Shown here: piece by piece, positions 59,627-64,000 of the stretch
Position numbering within the stretch: position 1 is the stretch's first letter
Layout of the letters: each line of letters opens with the position of its first letter
Assembly: GCA_965215195.1 (NCBI GenBank)
Contig: CBDCDC010000002.1
Span: forward strand, 128,001-192,000
DNA: 64,000 bases
Direction: 5' to 3'
DNA from: Candidatus Latescibacterota bacterium
Lineage (GTDB): Bacteria > Latescibacterota > UBA2968 > UBA8231
The notes under the pieces: generated by a model
What the model saw: the letters and a program-made list of their open reading frames with translations, nothing else
Told to the model about the DNA's origin: nothing
Databases searched by the model: none
Position numbers and translations under genes: made by a program

Positions 59627-61471
59627 ATGAGTGACAATCAACCAAAACGCCTCATGCTCATGTTCACAATTGGCCCCGTGCAATCTTTCATTGAAGCGGC
59701 TCGGAAGACGGAGGATTTGTGGATGGGAAGTTACATTCTGTCTTATCTTGTGGCTCATGCAATGGACAAAATTCGAGGCAGCGATGTTGAGCTAATCTAT
59801 CCCGCCATTGGAAGCCAATCGCCCTTTGATTTTTGGAAGCAACAAGATTTCACAACCCCGTCTTTTCCAAATCTTTTTTTGGCAATTGGCAACGACATTG
59901 AGGTTTCTCAACTGGCTCAACGCGCAAAAGACGCTGAAAACAGTGTAAAATCTGAGTTCAAGCGCATGGCAGAATGCGTGATTGATAAGGCATTTGGAAG
60001 GGACAAGTGGCATAGGTCTTATGTTGAGAAAGTAGTTGAGCGACAAATCTCGGATTTTTTTGATATCTATTGGGTGATTACCGAAGAAACAGGTCAAAAT
60101 TATGGGGATTGGTACGCTCATACCGCAGGCAGTCTCGCGGCGATCAAAAACTGTCGGGCATTTGCACCAATCAGTGAGTTTGGACGAAAATGTTCGCTTG
60201 ATGGAACACGCGAGATACTCCATTTAGATCAAAAAGCCTCTGTCCAAGACGCAATGAAATGGTGGCAAGATTTTGCTAAACGAGAACCAAAGTATTGCCG
60301 ACAAAAAGAGGCACTCTGTGCTGTCTCATTAACTAAGCGGATGGGCAGGCATTTTCTTGAGACTCAATCGAGATTCAAGGACAACTTTTCACCTGACAAA
60401 CTTCTGACCTTTCCATCCACATCGGAGGTGGCGACAGCGGACTTCAAGGAACAATTCCAAAGCAACATCCAAGCCTGGTGTGTTTACGGACAGTTCTTTG
60501 ACGAAGTCAGAAAATTGAAGGCATCAATTCCAATTATTCGGCCATTGCCAAAAATCAAGAATTTGCAGAAGAACATCGATGGCGAATGGCTGTACGAAGA
60601 GACTTGGAGCGAGCCCTATCTCAGACGTTACTACAACATTGATTCAGAAAAAGAGAAGAATCAAATTGAAAATTGTAAGCGATTGCGTGGGAAACTTGTC
60701 CGATTGCTCGGCGAACCGGGCCGATACTATGCCGCCATTGCGCTTGATGCTGATAATATGGGCGAAAAAAATAGAGAGGCTAAAAACAAGGAAGAACATG
60801 AAGGACGCAGCAAGCAACTGATTCGATACACAAAAGATGCGCGTCAGATCATTGAACAAGAGTATCTCGGGAAGTTGACGTATGCGGGCGGCGACGACCT
60901 CTTAGCACTCGCAAATCTCAAAGAGCTCTTACCCATGTTGAAAGGATTGCGAAAAAAATTTCCCGGTTTCACGACCGCTTCAGCCGGTGTGTGCATCGCT
61001 CACAATAAAACTCCGCTCGGCAGTGTGCTTCAGCAGGCACGTCGGATGGAGCGAGCGGCAAAAGAAGGTGGGCGAGATGCGCTTGGCATTGCATTGTTCA
61101 AACACTCTGGCAATATCAGTCAAGCAGTAACAAAGTGGAAATATGAAGGTTTGGATGTGATCGACATCAGCGAGAAATTGGTCAAGCTGTTGCGCGATGA
61201 CGAAATTTCCAAGCGTTTCCTGTACGACTTCCGTGAAACATTTGCCAAACTAGTTGAAGACAGAAAGGACTTTAGAGCACTTGGTCGGCCCCTTATTCAA
61301 ACCGAGTTTAGGCGAATTATGGAACGGGCGCATTCAACCAAAGGAACACAGCCTCCACAAAGCGAAGAAACTATTGATTCACTGACTCAACTTATCCACT
61401 ACATCAGCCCCTTCTCTCACTTTCTCGGGTATTTGGAAGTTGTCAACTTCATTGTGAGGAATCAAAAATGA
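59627..61471 (+). CDS. cas10: Cas10/Cmr2 without HD domain, with intact GGDD palm
   Basis: TIGPVQSFI..ARKT.DLW.GS, PNLF, CSLDG..LCAV, FPSTSEVA, YYA..LDADNMG, YAGGDD. Confidence 0.93.
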   Translation: MSDNQPKRLMLMFTIGPVQSFIEAARKTEDLWMGSYILSYLVAHAMDKIRGSDVELIYPAIGSQSPFDFWKQQDFTTPSFPNLFLAIGNDIEVSQLAQRAKDAENSVKSEFKRMAECVIDKAFGRDKWHRSYVEKVVERQISDFFDIYWVITEETGQNYGDWYAHTAGSLAAIKNCRAFAPISEFGRKCSLDGTREILHLDQKASVQDAMKWWQDFAKREPKYCRQKEALCAVSLTKRMGRHFLETQSRFKDNFSPDKLLTFPSTSEVATADFKEQFQSNIQAWCVYGQFFDEVRKLKASIPIIRPLPKIKNLQKNIDGEWLYEETWSEPYLRRYYNIDSEKEKNQIENCKRLRGKLVRLLGEPGRYYAAIALDADNMGEKNREAKNKEEHEGRSKQLIRYTKDARQIIEQEYLGKLTYAGGDDLLALANLKELLPMLKGLRKKFPGFTTASAGVCIAHNKTPLGSVLQQARRMERAAKEGGRDALGIALFKHSGNISQAVTKWKYEGLDVIDISEKLVKLLRDDEISKRFLYDFRETFAKLVEDRKDFRALGRPLIQTEFRRIMERAHSTKGTQPPQSEETIDSLTQLIHYISPFSHFLGYLEVVNFIVRNQK

Positions 61472-62625
61472 AACTTTTTCTTTCACCCAATGATACCTTC
61501 TTTTTTCGCGATGGGAGGCCGTTTACAAAAGGCGAACAGACGGAAGGGCATTCAATTTTTCCACCGCTTCCCTCGACGGTCCTCGGTGCGTTAAGGACTG
61601 CATACATCGCCGAGTTTGGCAACTTGCCGCTTTTCTATTCAGGAGGGATGCAAAAAACGATTGGCACGCCGGCATCACTATGCAATGCGATTCGACTGCG
61701 CGGTGTTTTTTTGGCGAACAATCGAGGCGATCAGTTGGAGATGTTTTTCCCTGTGCCGCGTGACCTGATATACAAGAAGGAGGATAAAAAGCAGAATGAC
61801 AATATCGCACTCCATTTGCTGACACCAGAGGCCAAAAATTTCACATCGAATGGGACAATCAACAACGTACTTGCATGGTCGGCTCCCGATTCCATTGATT
61901 TGGATGCAGATGGCTTGTTACGCATGGGAGCTATCGGACGATACCTGCAAGGAAACGATAGGAACCTGCTACTTACAGATAGGGCAACACTTGTTGAGCG
62001 AGAATCCAAGGTCGGCATCGCCCGAAGTCGAGATACTTTGTCATCCGAGGAGCACATGTTGTATCGTATTGACATGTCCAGATTCAAAAACCGCGATGGA
62101 AATTACGGTTTCGTCGTGGACTACGAATGCTCCAAAAATTTACCACAAAAAGGACTTTTGAAATTAGGTGGTGAAGGCAAAAGCTTTGTCTATCGGGGCA
62201 TCGACCTTAACGTTGAGTCGCTGTCTAGCCATCTTGGGGCGGTCAAAAGCACTATGCAATCAACAGGCAAGTTCAAGCTATATTTCGCAACACCGACCAT
62301 ATTTCAGAAAGGATGGTTGCCTTCATGGTTGGATAGGTTGGACGGAGGTACGCCTTCGGGCGAATATCCAATGGCGAGTAGTTCGCCAATTTCGCTCAAA
62401 TTGATCACTGCTGAGGTTGGTAAACCTGTTACCATTGGTGGATGGGATATGGCAAAAGGCGAGGCAAAACCGACCTATCGTGCTGTGCCCGCTGGCAGTG
62501 TTTACTATTTTGAATTGATGAATAAAAACCGAATTGATGATTTAATCGCCGCTTTCCACTATCAAAACATCAGCGACGAGCGTTCCGAAGAAGGGTTCGG
62601 ACTTGCCCTTCTCGGCGTCGCATAG
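61468..62625 (+). CDS. cmr3: Type III-B Cmr3 (Cas5-like RAMP)
   Basis: P.DTFFFRDGRPF, PP.PST..GALRT, LGGEG, GGWD, VPAGSVYYF, EGFG. Confidence 0.93.
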   Translation: MKLFLSPNDTFFFRDGRPFTKGEQTEGHSIFPPLPSTVLGALRTAYIAEFGNLPLFYSGGMQKTIGTPASLCNAIRLRGVFLANNRGDQLEMFFPVPRDLIYKKEDKKQNDNIALHLLTPEAKNFTSNGTINNVLAWSAPDSIDLDADGLLRMGAIGRYLQGNDRNLLLTDRATLVERESKVGIARSRDTLSSEEHMLYRIDMSRFKNRDGNYGFVVDYECSKNLPQKGLLKLGGEGKSFVYRGIDLNVESLSSHLGAVKSTMQSTGKFKLYFATPTIFQKGWLPSWLDRLDGGTPSGEYPMASSSPISLKLITAEVGKPVTIGGWDMAKGEAKPTYRAVPAGSVYYFELMNKNRIDDLIAAFHYQNISDERSEEGFGLALLGVA

Positions 62626-62636
62626 GGAGGAAAATA

Positions 62637-63920
62637 ATGAAGACACTTGTAACGCCCGTTGGCACATCGCTGTTTACGAACTATCTCGATAAGAACTCGA
62701 ATGATGAGACCTCAAAATCTTATTATGACACAATCAAAAAACGCCCCGCTTCGGAGTGGGGCGATTATGAGAGTGAAATTAACGATCTGAAGAGGGTTAG
62801 CCTTAGCTTTATCGGCATGTCTGGAGTACAGGCTTCAGCCGAACTTCAGAGCATCGCTAAAATTCGATGCGAACTCAACGAGGAACTCAAAGTTCGCCTG
62901 CTTGCCTCGGGTACGATTGCGTCGCGATTGGCGGCGGAGATTTTGGCTGACAATACTTTGGCTGACAATACAGTGACCCCGGTTTTGGGAAGTGGTGTAC
63001 GTGTCGAATTTGATTCAGAAAAAGATGTAATCAAAGGTTTACAGGTTGAAGATCCCAAAGCCTTTTCAAATGAAGGCATGACCAACCTGATTCAAAAGAT
63101 TGACCAAGAGGCTTCTGGATACTGGCCGAAACTTGCTATCAATATCACTGGAGGGTTCAAAGCTACCTTGCCATATCTGACGATTTTGGCACAACTCAAG
63201 CACATTCCGCTTTACTACAACTTTGAGGACACTGACTCACTCATCAAAATTCCGCAAGCACCATTGGTTATTGATTGGGGCTTGATTGAACGGTATTCCG
63301 ACATCCTTATGCAAATTGATAAGGGTGTAGAAGGCAATTGGCCGAAATTTAAAAAAAGACACTACCAAGCTGTTCAAAATTTGGAGGCATTCATTGAAGT
63401 TGATGACAAGGATGCACTTCTGTCACCGATTGGCACAATTTTCTGGGAGGAGTATCAAAATTACTTCGTCGTCGAATTGCCAGGTGGAAGTTATTACGGC
63501 TATAATTCCACTGACCGTCGGTCGATTGATGGAGCCATTGAAGAGCTTTATAGACGGTTACGCGCTGTTCTGTCAGACACTTGCCTGCAAGACTGCGATG
63601 GAAATCTTATACCTGATAAGTGTTACGAAAAAATTCGTAATTTGGGACACAATGATGACTTGAATCACGGTAGGCAGATTCCCAATCCGACGGAAAGTCA
63701 GGACCGGGAAATTTTCATTTTCAAATCAACAAATGATGTTCATATACGATTGCTGTATACCTTCAAGGTTAATAGTAAAAAAATTACTCGGCTCAAGATA
63801 TTCGACCTCCTTTGTCGAGATTTCGATCATGAGAGTTATATTGACGATTGGAAAACAAAGTTCGGTGAAGAAAGATTTCCTGAAATCAACTTTGTCACAC
63901 GTACACTTGAAATTCCTTAG
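62637..63920 (+). CDS. CARF (APE2256/Crn1-like)-wHTH-RelE-like effector, Cami1-like
   Basis: TPVGTS, SAEL.S, NITGGFK, YYNFE; LSPIG.IFW wing; C-terminal IRLLYTF..LKIFD..DHESY. Confidence 0.7.
   Translation: MKTLVTPVGTSLFTNYLDKNSNDETSKSYYDTIKKRPASEWGDYESEINDLKRVSLSFIGMSGVQASAELQSIAKIRCELNEELKVRLLASGTIASRLAAEILADNTLADNTVTPVLGSGVRVEFDSEKDVIKGLQVEDPKAFSNEGMTNLIQKIDQEASGYWPKLAINITGGFKATLPYLTILAQLKHIPLYYNFEDTDSLIKIPQAPLVIDWGLIERYSDILMQIDKGVEGNWPKFKKRHYQAVQNLEAFIEVDDKDALLSPIGTIFWEEYQNYFVVELPGGSYYGYNSTDRRSIDGAIEELYRRLRAVLSDTCLQDCDGNLIPDKCYEKIRNLGHNDDLNHGRQIPNPTESQDREIFIFKSTNDVHIRLLYTFKVNSKKITRLKIFDLLCRDFDHESYIDDWKTKFGEERFPEINFVTRTLEIP
62942..62971 (+). repeat. Perfect 15-bp in-frame tandem duplication in the CARF gene (LADNT x2)
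   Basis: TTTGGCTGACAATAC x2. Confidence 0.9.
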
Positions 63921-63935
63921 AAAGGAGAAACCCAA

Positions 63936-64000
63936 ATGTTCAAACAAGCTAAACCCTTCTTCCTCATCGTCGAAACCCCACTCCACGCCGGAAGCGGTAG
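63936..64000 (+). CDS. cmr4: Cmr4 N-terminus (runs off the window)
   Basis: AAGGAG RBS; MFKQAKPFFLIVETPLHAGSG. Confidence 0.85.
   Translation, partial: MFKQAKPFFLIVETPLHAGSG

Overview
This is high-GC bacterial chromosomal DNA. Three PhyH dioxygenases, a sulfatase, GH-like TIM barrels, Uma2 and AAA-PD(D/E)XK genes suggest a host-associated heterotroph such as a sponge symbiont (inference only). The backbone carries catabolic and housekeeping genes: fdhD, class I fumarase, uxaC, hom-apgM-asd, and an NAD-linked formate dehydrogenase whose alpha subunit is one selenoprotein (in-frame UGA plus an fdhF-type SECIS). Accessory and defence genes include a TerY-P triad, a 1.7k-aa exonuclease-RecQ-UvrD fusion, a CfrBI-like type II R-M pair, a broken pentapeptide-FRG gene, and the start of a type III-B CRISPR locus with a CARF-RelE (Cami1-like) effector. 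No CRISPR array lies in the window. The most novel-looking element is an ECF sigma / membrane anti-sigma / exported caspase locus in which one R-[VIL]-[KR]-G motif occurs once in the anti-sigma and twice in the caspase, suggesting caspase-driven trans-envelope signalling. Seven toxin-antitoxin remnants, none with an intact toxin, sit at gene junctions. All family calls come from motif recognition by eye; no database searches were run.
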